Positions 1 to 9,381 of a DNA stretch of 36,471 nucleotides are shown here, one piece after another. The stretch lies in the sequence record SRR16203515_1241. One strand, given 5' to 3'. The notes beneath the pieces are model-generated. The model saw only the letters and a list, made by a program, of their open reading frames with translations. It was not told the origin of the DNA and did no database searches. Position 1 is the first letter of the stretch; each line of letters opens with the position of its first letter. Made by a program: the position numbers and the translations under genes.

Positions 1-6
1 ACGCCG

Positions 7-57
7 TAAACCCATCCATGGGGGCTCCGCTGCGGCATCCATGCCGCAGAGGGTTTA
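7..57. repeat. REP-like palindromic intergenic element, probably truncated by the window start
   Basis: Perfect hairpin CTGCGGCAT-CC-ATGCCGCAG (30-49), small hairpin CCCAT-CC-ATGGG (11-22) and outer inverted repeat TAAACCC/GGGTTTA (7-13, 51-57). CATCCATG occurs twice. Multicopy status cannot be seen within this window. Confidence 0.6.
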
Positions 58-269
58 GTACGAGCATTCACTCCCCTCTTTCGTATACACCAGTTCTAAA
101 TACACTGTAAGCGCATTTAGCGGGAACCTAGCTGCGTCATCCTGGCTTACCATCGTGTAGTGCGGCAATGCAGAATGTGGCTTGATCTGACCTGTGGTAA
201 TTTGTAGTAATAGTATGACGAATAAATGTTATGTTATTCACCTACCCTCGACAGACAAAGGAAATAAGA

Positions 270-1085
270 ATGAAAAAATTAGCCCAACTTATGTTAGTCG
301 CTACGCTCGGTGTGTCAGCGAACTATGCAACTGCTGATGCCATCTCAGACGCCGCAATGAGTGATATGCGCTCTGCCAAAGCGAAAGTGCGTGATGAATA
401 TCGCAACCCGCAGCAGACGTTACGCTTTTTTGGTCTTCAGCCAGACATGACTGTGGTTGAAGTATCACCCGGTGGTGGTTGGTATACCGACATCCTTTAT
501 CCTGTTGTTAAAGAAAACGGTCAATATGTTGCCGCACATTTTTATGTCGATGAATCAACTCGCGATTACTACAAGAAATCTGTCGAGGGATTTAAAGCCA
601 ACACCCAGCCCGGCATGAAATATGACGGTGCAAAAGTGACTGCTTTTCACCCCACTAAAGCACTGGATATTGCCGAGCCAGGCAGTGCGGATATGGTGCT
701 TACCTTCCGTAATGTACACAACTGGTACATGGGCCAAGGTGATGAAGGCATTAATAATGCGTTCGGTGCATTCTTTAAAGCCCTTAAGCCAGGTGGCGTA
801 CTCGGTGTAGTAGAACACGAATTACCGGCAAGTGCAGACGATGCGACAATGAAAAAGAGTGGCTATATGAAGCGCGATTATATCGTGGCTGCAGCAGAAA
901 AAGCTGGCTTTGAGTTAGTAGCAAGCAGTGATGTAAACGCCAACCCTCTAGATACCGCCGATCACCCTAAAGGGGTATGGACATTGCCGCCAAGTCTTGC
1001 ACTTGACGAACAAGATCGCGAAAAGTATCTCGCCATTGGTGAGAGCAATCGTATGACGTTAAAATTCAAAAAGCCTAATTTGTAA
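270..1085 (+). CDS. Exported class I SAM-dependent methyltransferase-fold protein (COG4798-like)
   Basis: Motif I-like VVEVSPGGGWYT, plus DMVLTFRNVHNW, ALKPGGVLGVVEH and GESNRMTLKF. N-terminal signal peptide MKKLAQLMLVATLGVSANYATA. ATG at 270 follows AAGGA, so it is preferred over 231. Confidence 0.8.
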   Translation: MKKLAQLMLVATLGVSANYATADAISDAAMSDMRSAKAKVRDEYRNPQQTLRFFGLQPDMTVVEVSPGGGWYTDILYPVVKENGQYVAAHFYVDESTRDYYKKSVEGFKANTQPGMKYDGAKVTAFHPTKALDIAEPGSADMVLTFRNVHNWYMGQGDEGINNAFGAFFKALKPGGVLGVVEHELPASADDATMKKSGYMKRDYIVAAAEKAGFELVASSDVNANPLDTADHPKGVWTLPPSLALDEQDREKYLAIGESNRMTLKFKKPNL

Positions 1086-1112
1086 AACCCAAAGCATAAA
1101 ACGGAACAGTTA

Positions 1113-2405
1113 ATGAACGTACTTGTAATTGGCGGCGGTGGCCGCGAACATGCGCTTGCTTTTATAGCCGCACAGTCTTCAACCGTCTCTAAGGTATTTG
1201 TGGCACCAGGTAATGCTGGTACTGCTACCGAGCCTAAACTTGAAAATGTCGCCATTGATGTCAATGACATTGCTGGCTTGGTTTCATTTGCCAAAGGAAA
1301 CGACGTTGAGCTGACCATTGTCGGCCCAGAAGCGCCGCTGGTTGCAGGGGTCGTAGATGCGTTCACTAACGAAGGGCTAATGATTTTCGGGCCCACGCAA
1401 GCTGCTGCGCAGCTTGAAGGCTCGAAAGCTTTTACTAAAGATTTCTTAGCTCGTCACAATATTCCAACAGCAGAGTATCAAAACTTCACTGAGATTGATC
1501 CCGCTATCGCCTATGTGCGAGAGAAAGGCGCCCCAATTGTTGTAAAAGCCGACGGCTTAGCCGCAGGTAAAGGGGTAATAGTTGCAGAAACCGTGTCTGA
1601 TGCCGAAGACGCCATCCGCGACATGCTAGCTGGCAATGCCTTTGGTGAAGCCGGTAGCCGTGTGGTGATTGAAGAATTTTTAGATGGCGAGGAAGCGTCG
1701 TTTATCGTAATGGTAGACGGTAAAAACGTACTGCCGTTTGCCACCAGCCAAGATCACAAACGAGCCGCTGACGGTGACAAAGGCCCTAATACCGGTGGTA
1801 TGGGTGCCTATTCACCTGCACCAGTAGTGACACCTGATATTCATGATCGCATTATGAATGAAGTTATCATGCCTACCGTAAACGGCATGGCGGCAGAAGG
1901 TAACGACTATGTGGGCTTCCTATATGCGGGCTTGATGATCATGGCCGATGGTACGCCTAAGGTGATTGAATACAATTGCCGTTTTGGCGACCCAGAAACA
2001 CAGCCTATTATGTTGCGCCTTAAATCAGACCTTGTACCGCTTTGCCAAGCTGCGTGTAAAGGTGAACTGGCAGGTAAAACCATTGAGTTTGACCAACGTG
2101 CTGCCGTAGGTGTGGTACTTGCCGCCGGTGGTTACCCGGGTAGCTATGACAAAGGTGATGAAATCACCGGCTTTGAAGCTGCTGCTGAACTGGAAGGAAA
2201 AGTATTCCATGCGGGCACCGCGTTAAAAGACGGCAAGATAGTCACGGCCGGTGGTCGAGTGTTGTGTGCTACTGCACTAGGTAACACAGTGACAGAAGCC
2301 CAGCAAAACGCCTACGCACTGCTTAGCACCATTCAGTTTAAAGATGTGTACTATCGTAATGATATCGCCCATCGCGCCATAAAGCGGGAAGCAGAAGTAA
2401 GCTAA
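1113..2405 (+). CDS. purD: Phosphoribosylamine--glycine ligase
   Basis: VLVIGGGGREHAL, LEGSKAFTKDF, KADGLAAGKGV, QDHKR...GPNTGGMGAYSP and RFGDPETQ motifs; 430 aa. Confidence 0.98.
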   Translation: MNVLVIGGGGREHALAFIAAQSSTVSKVFVAPGNAGTATEPKLENVAIDVNDIAGLVSFAKGNDVELTIVGPEAPLVAGVVDAFTNEGLMIFGPTQAAAQLEGSKAFTKDFLARHNIPTAEYQNFTEIDPAIAYVREKGAPIVVKADGLAAGKGVIVAETVSDAEDAIRDMLAGNAFGEAGSRVVIEEFLDGEEASFIVMVDGKNVLPFATSQDHKRAADGDKGPNTGGMGAYSPAPVVTPDIHDRIMNEVIMPTVNGMAAEGNDYVGFLYAGLMIMADGTPKVIEYNCRFGDPETQPIMLRLKSDLVPLCQAACKGELAGKTIEFDQRAAVGVVLAAGGYPGSYDKGDEITGFEAAAELEGKVFHAGTALKDGKIVTAGGRVLCATALGNTVTEAQQNAYALLSTIQFKDVYYRNDIAHRAIKREAEVS

Positions 2406-2429
2406 GCTTAAATAGGTAAGAACAAAAGC

Positions 2430-2459
2430 AAACGCTGCCTTTTTAGGTGGCGTTTTTTT
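2430..2459 (+). terminator. Rho-independent terminator after purD
   Basis: Stem AAACGCTGCCT/AGGTGGCGTTT with G-U pairs, running into a T-tract. Confidence 0.8.
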
Positions 2460-2575
2460 ATACTCACAAAGAAACTCTATGACCCGCTACTTTCATAAGT
2501 AAACACGCATTTTTATTGCGCCTTAACAATTTATTGTTAGAGTTAGTAAGAGCCGTTATTTCTTTAAGGCATTTC

Positions 2576-3502
2576 ATGTCGTTTCAAACTACTTGCTACA
2601 ACATCCTCGCCCCCCATGCCGACGTGCAGCACAATGTACGGCTTAGCAAGCTATTCGATATGCTGCTTATTATTCTTATTATCATCAACGTCGCCGCCAT
2701 GATGCTAGAGACAGTGCCAGGCATTCCGTTGGTGTGGCAGTATGAATTGCACTTAATAGAAATTATCTCGGTAACTCTGTTTAGTATCGAGTACCTGTTA
2801 CGGGTTTACAGTAGCGCAGAAGCCCCCACACCCCACGATAAAGCGCCAATGACGAGATGGCAAAAGCGGGTAGCCTATATTAAAAGCCCTATGGCCATCA
2901 TCGATCTCATGGCTATTTTGCCTTTTTATCTCAGTATGCTGGTGGCTTTCGATTTACGTATCTTGCGGGTATTTAGGGTGCTGAGAATTTTGAAGATTGG
3001 GCGCTATTCCCGCTCGGTGCAAACCCTTGTTACTGTGATCAAAAACGAAGCTCATAGCCTGATAGCCGCCGTCAGCGTGCTGCTGCTATTTACGGTGATC
3101 GCGGCAACCTGCATTTATTATATCGAGCACACCGCGCAGCCTCAGGTATTTAGTAGTATTCCTGCCTCGCTGTGGTGGGCATTGGTCACCTTAACGACCG
3201 TGGGCTACGGTGATGTGGTGCCTGTCACCACCTTAGGCAAAGTCTTCGGCGGATTAATAACCATTATGGGGATCTGTTTTTATGCCCTACCCGCAGGCAT
3301 ATTATCCTCCAGTTACACCGCGCAAATGCAGCTCAAACGAGACCGCTTTAAAGAAACGGTACGCAGCGCGTTAGACGATGGCGTGATTAGTGAACACGAT
3401 CTTCATCACATCAACCAAGTGCGAGAGTTGTTAGCCCTAGATGAAGAAGAGGCGCGGTTAATTATGCGCTTATTACAGCATCATCATAACGGCAAGGGCT
3501 AA
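2576..3502 (+). CDS. Voltage-gated-type 6-TM potassium channel (ion transport family)
   Basis: Selectivity filter TTVGYGD, pore helix SIPASLWWALVT and S4-like LRILRVFRVLRILKIGR. ATG at 2576 follows TAAGG, so it is preferred over the TTG at 2516. Confidence 0.9.
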   Translation: MSFQTTCYNILAPHADVQHNVRLSKLFDMLLIILIIINVAAMMLETVPGIPLVWQYELHLIEIISVTLFSIEYLLRVYSSAEAPTPHDKAPMTRWQKRVAYIKSPMAIIDLMAILPFYLSMLVAFDLRILRVFRVLRILKIGRYSRSVQTLVTVIKNEAHSLIAAVSVLLLFTVIAATCIYYIEHTAQPQVFSSIPASLWWALVTLTTVGYGDVVPVTTLGKVFGGLITIMGICFYALPAGILSSSYTAQMQLKRDRFKETVRSALDDGVISEHDLHHINQVRELLALDEEEARLIMRLLQHHHNGKG

Positions 3503-3505
3503 CAG

Positions 3506-6193
3506 TTAAGAAGCGAGTTGCTCATCGCCTCGCAGTTTTTGAAACAGCCAGCCAATCCCCACTAAGCTAAGCCCCAGGCCAATAAATGATAGGGCGCGGT
3601 AGAGACCCGTTAAGTGGGCCATATCAATAACAAAGGCTTTTAAGATCACGACTGCCAGTATGCCGAAACCTATTTTAACGGCCTTCATACTACTGAGGTA
3701 TTGGCCAACAAATATGGTGGCGGTCGCCACCAGCAGCCACACCACCGAATAAGTATAAAGCTCCCCTTGCTTGACGCCGTATTCGAGTAATAAATTACCC
3801 TGATGAAAGAGGCCACGAATAACACTGGTGATGTATAAGCTGGCAAACAGCCCTGCCACTATCCCTAAACCCGAAAGAGTGGAGCTGCCAAGCAATGCAC
3901 GCAACTGCTGCGCGGATATATTCAAACGTTGTTGTAATGGTGCCCAAAACACACTGCTTAGCACGATGGCAGGCACCAGCCACTGCAACATAAGCCAATT
4001 GAATACCCTATTGTCTCCTGTGGGCTGTGGAACAATAAACGGGTTCGTCGATACTGAAATATCCAGGTGTAAATAAACGGCGCCTATAAGTAATATGCCC
4101 CCGGCAATGTGATACATCTTAGTCATACTAGTTGCCAGCGTGGCGCGATACCAATAGGCCATCGCCAAACTACACCAGCTTAACGCTAACAACACAGCTT
4201 CTGGGTAAGACGTAGCCTGTAACGAAGGATAATCCCCTGTTAACCAATAGCTAGGCTCTGTGGTCACCATCAGTGCCACCACATGCAGCAAGGCCCCTTC
4301 AAGCCACACCTTTAAACTTTGCGAAGGGTTATAGCGCCGGGCCACGGCCAATACCACAAAAATGAGAGGGTAAATGATCGCCGTCCAGTGCACCGAAAAA
4401 ATACGTTCGTCACTGTAGCTCGATAGCCACGGGGCGGCCGTAATTCTTACCAGTACTAATGTTAATAACACCTTATAAACCCAGTCCGGCAAGGCAATTT
4501 TATATTTAACGCTAAGCAGTGTCATGCTAGCCACCTGCAGCGCAAGCGCAAAAGAGAGGGTAGCGGCATTGAGTAACATGGTAAAACATAGGGTTAAACA
4601 GGCATTCGCTAAGATAGCAAAGCTAAGTTGTTGCAGGGGTGCACGGCTTTTTATCGTTGCAATGGCACTGCCGATGGCCAATACAGCTAATTCAACCGCC
4701 CACACCTTGTAAATAACATCACCTAATTTGGTTGGTGTTATCACATAGCTAGCGCCATATAGTGCCACTGGGTAGGCGACTAAATAGACGTAATAGGCAG
4801 GTCTACCACAGGTTCTCGCCATATAAAGGCAATACGCCATCACCGAGATAGTGACGACTTGAACATATAAGTATTTACCGGCGAAGGCATCCATGATCTC
4901 ACCGCTGAGCGGCCCTAGGCTAAACCACAATAGATTCACAAGAGAGGTTATTAATAGCAACCCGGGCCAACTATCTAACGCACTGTGACGAGAAGGCGGC
5001 CATAGCAACATAACGGCAAGCACGCCTGCCGTAAGCCAAATATGCATATCAGTGCCCAGCGCAAATAAAAAACACTCCAATAACAGCACGGGAAGCAATA
5101 CACCGAGCTGCTCTTTGCGAGGCATTAACAGGGTACGCACCGACAACACATGGGTTACTTGCCCCTCTAAACGCCAACCCAACAACTGTGTTAATACAAA
5201 CAGATAAATCGAAAACACACTGAATACTAGCCACAGCCAGATGTCCGCTGGTGTTGATTGCTCAAGGGCAAGCACCGCCCATATAAAGTGCCCTGCCAGG
5301 CTTACATACCATGGCCAGTTTTGCTTTACCTGCTGCGCCACCCAGATACCGGATAAAGAAACCGCTGAGACAAACACCAGCAGGGTCGTAATATTAGGTG
5401 AGCCTGTAGCCACTAAGGCAGGGATACTATAAGCGCCGGCAATTCCAATTAATGCCAGTAAAGGCCCAAACCGTATGGATAGTGAGGTGGCACCAAATGA
5501 CACTAACGCCAGTAACACAAAGGCTAACAAAGGCGCAATAAACTGATAATACTCGTAGGCAACCAATATAATGGCATAACAGGTGATCACGCCACTACTG
5601 GCTAACGCCGCACAAATGGTGGGGGAATAAATACTAAAGCGTGCCCGGTGGCGAGATAAATACTCAGCAAATACCACCAAGCCAATCCCAAATATGCCCC
5701 CAAGCGCGACTCTGATTTCGGCAGACACAAGGCCGGCTTCGATAGAATAATTGGCTAAGAAGATACCACCGACAGCCAGTACCATCCCGCCCAACCACAA
5801 CAAACCATTTTCTTTTAATGATGTGACAACACCGCTGTCGCTATTCCAGATGCCAGCTAACCAGGAAAACAGCGACTCGGTCTGTATGGCCGAAGGCATA
5901 TCTGCCGGCTTACTCGCAGCGGCGTGCTGAGTAGAACTCTGGGTAGGCCTGTTGTTTGCTGGCACGCTTACCACAGCAGGATTGGCGGGTACGTCCGGTT
6001 GTGGTTTCTCGTTAGCCGCAGATAAATTTTCGGCGCGGTTACTGGCGCTTAAGGTGGCAAGACGCTGCTTTAAACTCGCGATGTCCTTTTGCATGGCAGT
6101 TATTTGTTGCTGTTGGAAAAACGACAAAATCGCGCCCGCAAATACCGCTATAAAAATGAGGATCCCGAGAAAAGCCAGCATATCCAATCCCAT
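3506..6193 (-). CDS. Large polytopic membrane protein, DUF2339-like
   Basis: N-terminal TM, coiled-coil and Pro/Ala-rich linker, then LWLGG...GGIFL and many TM segments. The C-terminal YSVVWL...KAFVIDM..LTGLYRALSFIGLG pattern is typical of DUF2339. ATG at 6193 is 7 nt from AGGA; GTG at 6199 is the alternative start. Confidence 0.8.
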   Translation of the reverse strand: MGLDMLAFLGILIFIAVFAGAILSFFQQQQITAMQKDIASLKQRLATLSASNRAENLSAANEKPQPDVPANPAVVSVPANNRPTQSSTQHAAASKPADMPSAIQTESLFSWLAGIWNSDSGVVTSLKENGLLWLGGMVLAVGGIFLANYSIEAGLVSAEIRVALGGIFGIGLVVFAEYLSRHRARFSIYSPTICAALASSGVITCYAIILVAYEYYQFIAPLLAFVLLALVSFGATSLSIRFGPLLALIGIAGAYSIPALVATGSPNITTLLVFVSAVSLSGIWVAQQVKQNWPWYVSLAGHFIWAVLALEQSTPADIWLWLVFSVFSIYLFVLTQLLGWRLEGQVTHVLSVRTLLMPRKEQLGVLLPVLLLECFLFALGTDMHIWLTAGVLAVMLLWPPSRHSALDSWPGLLLITSLVNLLWFSLGPLSGEIMDAFAGKYLYVQVVTISVMAYCLYMARTCGRPAYYVYLVAYPVALYGASYVITPTKLGDVIYKVWAVELAVLAIGSAIATIKSRAPLQQLSFAILANACLTLCFTMLLNAATLSFALALQVASMTLLSVKYKIALPDWVYKVLLTLVLVRITAAPWLSSYSDERIFSVHWTAIIYPLIFVVLAVARRYNPSQSLKVWLEGALLHVVALMVTTEPSYWLTGDYPSLQATSYPEAVLLALSWCSLAMAYWYRATLATSMTKMYHIAGGILLIGAVYLHLDISVSTNPFIVPQPTGDNRVFNWLMLQWLVPAIVLSSVFWAPLQQRLNISAQQLRALLGSSTLSGLGIVAGLFASLYITSVIRGLFHQGNLLLEYGVKQGELYTYSVVWLLVATATIFVGQYLSSMKAVKIGFGILAVVILKAFVIDMAHLTGLYRALSFIGLGLSLVGIGWLFQKLRGDEQLAS

Positions 6194-6286
6194 TGCCACG
6201 TCCTATTTGTGAAAAGCTTTTACACAACAAAGGCTAAATGTGTGCTTTTTACCCCACGATGTCAACTTCGCAAAAAGCCACTGCCC

Positions 6287-6315
6287 TTGATTCTTACCGC
6301 GCATCAGCTTATAAC
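6287..6315 (+). promoter_or_regulatory. Putative sigma70 promoter of prkB
   Basis: TTGATT-17 nt-TATAAC, ending 30 nt before the ATG. Confidence 0.45.
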
Positions 6316-6345
6316 TAGTAACCGTCTTTCCCAACAAGAAATCCT

Positions 6346-7251
6346 ATGTCTGTAAAACACCCTATTATTGCGATAACAGGTTCATCTGGTGCCGGTACAA
6401 CTACCACCACCAATGCCATTCGTCATATTTTTAGAAATTTAAATGTGAATGCAGCAGTGGTAGGCGGCGACAGCTTTCACCGGTTTACCCGCCCAGAAAT
6501 GGAAGTGGAAATTCGTAAAGCACAAGAGCAAGGACGGCATATTAGCTACTTTGGACCACGGGCCAATGATTTTGAGTTACTTGAGTCGTTATTTAGAGAA
6601 TATGGCAGCTCGGGCACGGGACAATTTAGACAGTACTTGCATACCTTCGACGAGGCGGTTCCCTTTAACCAAATGCCTGGTACCTTTACGCCTTGGCAAG
6701 ACTTACCCGCAAACACCGATCTCTTGTTTTATGAAGGCCTACATGGCGGCGTGAAAACCGACGAAAATGATGTGGCTAAGCACGTTGATCTATTGGTAGG
6801 CATGGTGCCTATCGTAAACTTAGAGTGGATCCAAAAAATTGTCCGCGATACCACAGACCGAGGCCACTCCCGAGAAGCGGTAATGAGCAGCATTGTGCGC
6901 GGCCTAGACGACTATTTTCAATATATTACGCCGCAATTTTCTCGCACCCACGTCAATTTCCAGCGTGTTCCTACTGTGGATACCTCCAACCCCTTTAGTG
7001 CCAGAGAAATTCCAACTCAGGACGAGAGCTTCGTGGTGGTCAGGTTTAGGCGGGAAATGAAAAGCGTTGATTACCCCTATTTATTGCAGATGATTGATGG
7101 TGCCTTTATGTCACGCATTAATACTCTGGTGGTACCTGGTGGCAAAATGGGTCTCGCGATGGAGCTGATTTTAACCCCACTGCTAGATGAAATCCTGACC
7201 AAAAAACGCCGTGCAGGTCATCAGATGGATTGGCTCAACTCTGGCGATTAA
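6346..7251 (+). CDS. prkB: Phosphoribulokinase-family protein (PrkB)
   Basis: MSVKHPIIAITGSSGAGTTT, GDSFHR, DLLFYEGLHGG, NLEWIQKI..D...RGHSREAV and FQRVPTVDTSNPF. Confidence 0.93.
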   Translation: MSVKHPIIAITGSSGAGTTTTTNAIRHIFRNLNVNAAVVGGDSFHRFTRPEMEVEIRKAQEQGRHISYFGPRANDFELLESLFREYGSSGTGQFRQYLHTFDEAVPFNQMPGTFTPWQDLPANTDLLFYEGLHGGVKTDENDVAKHVDLLVGMVPIVNLEWIQKIVRDTTDRGHSREAVMSSIVRGLDDYFQYITPQFSRTHVNFQRVPTVDTSNPFSAREIPTQDESFVVVRFRREMKSVDYPYLLQMIDGAFMSRINTLVVPGGKMGLAMELILTPLLDEILTKKRRAGHQMDWLNSGD

Positions 7252-7393
7252 GGCGCACTGCTATTATCACTCGCCGCGCATTCTACTTCGCCTATTCGTG
7301 GTTTCTATAGCCATATATTAACCACGACAAGTCGCAATAACAGCCAAATTACGCCATGGTATGGGTAACACCTTTTCAGGTAAGGACCTTACC

Positions 7394-8491
7394 ATGACGG
7401 CTATTAGCGCTACCCAAATTTGGGTTAATCAACAACAGCTCGCCGACACTCGTGTCGTGCATCTTGATATCGATACCGAACAACTTGGCGAAGATGAAAT
7501 CTTACTGGAAGTGGATAGCTTCGGCTTTTCTGCCAACAATATTACCTATGCCGCCTTGGGGTTTAAAATGGGTTACTGGGGATTTTTCCCCGCTGAAGAT
7601 GGGTTCGGCATTGTGCCTGTATGGGGCTTTGCGAGCGTAAAAGCGTCACGTCACCCCGCTGTCGCTGAAGGTGAGAAGGTGTTCGGTTATCTTCCCATGG
7701 CCAGCCACTGGGTAATCAAAGCCGGTAAGGTTGCCAAACATGGCTTTTCTGACATCCATGAAAAGCGTAAAAGTATTAGCCCTGTCTACGACTAATACCT
7801 ACGCTGTGCTCAAGACCCTGGGTACAATCCCGCCCGCGAAGCCTGGCAGTTGAATTTCAGGCCACTTTATATGACATCCTTTGTACTTGATGATTACGTG
7901 GCAGAACTCTCACAAAAAGAGTCATTACTGCTATCTAGCGCCTCAAGTAAAACCGCACTGGGCACTGCGCAATTGCTAAAATCTCAGCAAGCCACTCGTC
8001 ACGCACACTATCAGGTTATCGGGTTGACCTCCCAGGATAAGGTGGAGATGGTAAAAAACACCGGCTGTTATGATGCAGTAATCAGTTACGATAACCTTGC
8101 CCAGTTAGACAAAAACCTGTCTTACTGGCTACTCGATTTCGCCGCCAATGGCACCCTAATAGACCAGCTAAGCCTTGCGCTAGGTAAGCCGCTAGATAAA
8201 GTGACCCTGATTGGCGCGACTGACTGGAAGGCCGATACTAAACCAAACCCCAAGGCCCTTGATGCTGAAATCTTCTTTGCCCCAGCGCGGGTCAAGTTGC
8301 GCCAGCAGGAGTGGGGACATGAGACCTTCCTTGCGCGCTACGCTGAAGCATGGCAAGGCTTTTCCCGTAAGGTTGATGACACCTTTTATGCGCAACCCCA
8401 TATTGGTTGCGATGCCATCATTGAGTTATACCTTGCTACCTTAAATGGTCACGCAGACACCCAAGCACTAAACGTGCTCTCGTTTGATTAG
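7394..8491 (+). pseudogene. DUF2855-like protein interrupted by an in-frame TAA at 7793-7795 (pseudogene or sequencing error)
   Basis: ORFs 7361-7795 and 7850-8491 share a frame, and the linker reads VYD*YLRCAQDPGY...NFRPLYMTSF. Family motifs FSANNITYA, YWGFFP, VPVWGFA, SSASSKTA and IFFAP. RBS AAGGA precedes the ATG at 7394. Confidence 0.85.
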
Positions 8492-8658
8492 ACGCGTAGT
8501 TAGACACCCATAACACAGGCAGCTAGGTTCCGCGCTGCCTATCTCCACGCTCGCTGACACTATTTGTAACAAACCGACGCACACTTTTGTACTTTCTTGC
8601 TTTTGTATTTACCCCCTAGTGGTTATAGTGAAACAAAAGCAATATCAAGGGTATGGGT

Positions 8659-9381
8659 ATGGGTCAGGAAACCTCTAAAATTCTTGTGGTAGATGATGAT
8701 ATGCGTCTACGCAGCCTATTAGAACGCTATTTAATGGAACAAGGCTATCAAGTTCGTAGCGCCGCTAATGCTGAGCAAATGGACCGCTTACTAGAGCGAG
8801 AAAATTTCCACCTTATGGTGCTTGATCTTATGTTACCCGGCGAAGATGGCTTATCCATCTGCCGCCGTTTACGCCAAGCTGACAACGAACTCCCTATTAT
8901 CATGCTTACCGCAAAAGGGGATGAAGTAGACCGTATTATTGGGCTTGAAATGGGCGCCGACGATTACCTGCCTAAACCCTTTAACCCTAGAGAATTACTC
9001 GCCCGGGCAAAGGCGGTGTTACGTCGACGCAGCAGCGAAGCACCCGGTGCCCCCTCAAAAGACATGCAAGTGGTGGAGTTTGGTGAATATAAGCTCAACT
9101 TAGCCACCCGAGAAATGACGGCGGGCGAAACCCCCCTTACCCTAACCAGTGGTGAATTTGCGGTACTTAAGTCGTTAGTCACCCATCCACGGGAGCCGCT
9201 ATCCCGGGACAAGCTGATGAACCTAGCACGAGGAAGGGATTACAGCGCCCTTGAACGTAGTATCGATGTGCAAGTATCGCGCTTACGTAGAATGCTGGAA
9301 GCCGACCCAGCCAACCCCAGATATATTCAAACTGTGTGGGGTCTAGGCTATGTATTTGTGCCTGATGGCGAGCAAGTATAG
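8659..9381 (+). CDS. ompR: Two-component response regulator OmpR
   Basis: KILVVDDDMRLRSLLERYL, VLDLMLPGEDGLSICRRL, ERSIDVQVSRLRR and YIQTVWGLGYVFVPDG. The ATG at 8659 has better RBS spacing than 8653. Confidence 0.97.
   Translation: MGQETSKILVVDDDMRLRSLLERYLMEQGYQVRSAANAEQMDRLLERENFHLMVLDLMLPGEDGLSICRRLRQADNELPIIMLTAKGDEVDRIIGLEMGADDYLPKPFNPRELLARAKAVLRRRSSEAPGAPSKDMQVVEFGEYKLNLATREMTAGETPLTLTSGEFAVLKSLVTHPREPLSRDKLMNLARGRDYSALERSIDVQVSRLRRMLEADPANPRYIQTVWGLGYVFVPDGEQV

Noticed and set aside
6208..6226. TGTGAAAAGCTTTTACACA as a CRP site
   Set aside because: Half-site spacing does not fit TGTGA-N6-TCACA; it is only an imperfect palindrome.
6346..7251. Calvin-cycle autotrophy inferred from the phosphoribulokinase
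   Set aside because: There are no cbb genes nearby, and PrkB homologues are widespread in heterotrophic gammaproteobacteria.
7793..7795. Programmed read-through or recoding at the internal stop
   Set aside because: The codon is TAA, not TGA (Sec) or TAG (Pyl), and TAA is the ordinary stop in neighbouring genes.
123..8531. 13-bp match GGAACCTAGCTGC (123-135) to the reverse complement of 8519-8531; AACCTAGC also occurs at 12165-12190
   Set aside because: The similarity does not extend into the flanks, and one 13-mer match is plausible by chance in a window this size.
8517..8540. Hairpin AGGCAGC/GCTGCCT after the DUF2855-like gene as a terminator
   Set aside because: It has a 10-nt loop and no U-tract on either strand, so it cannot be called a terminator.
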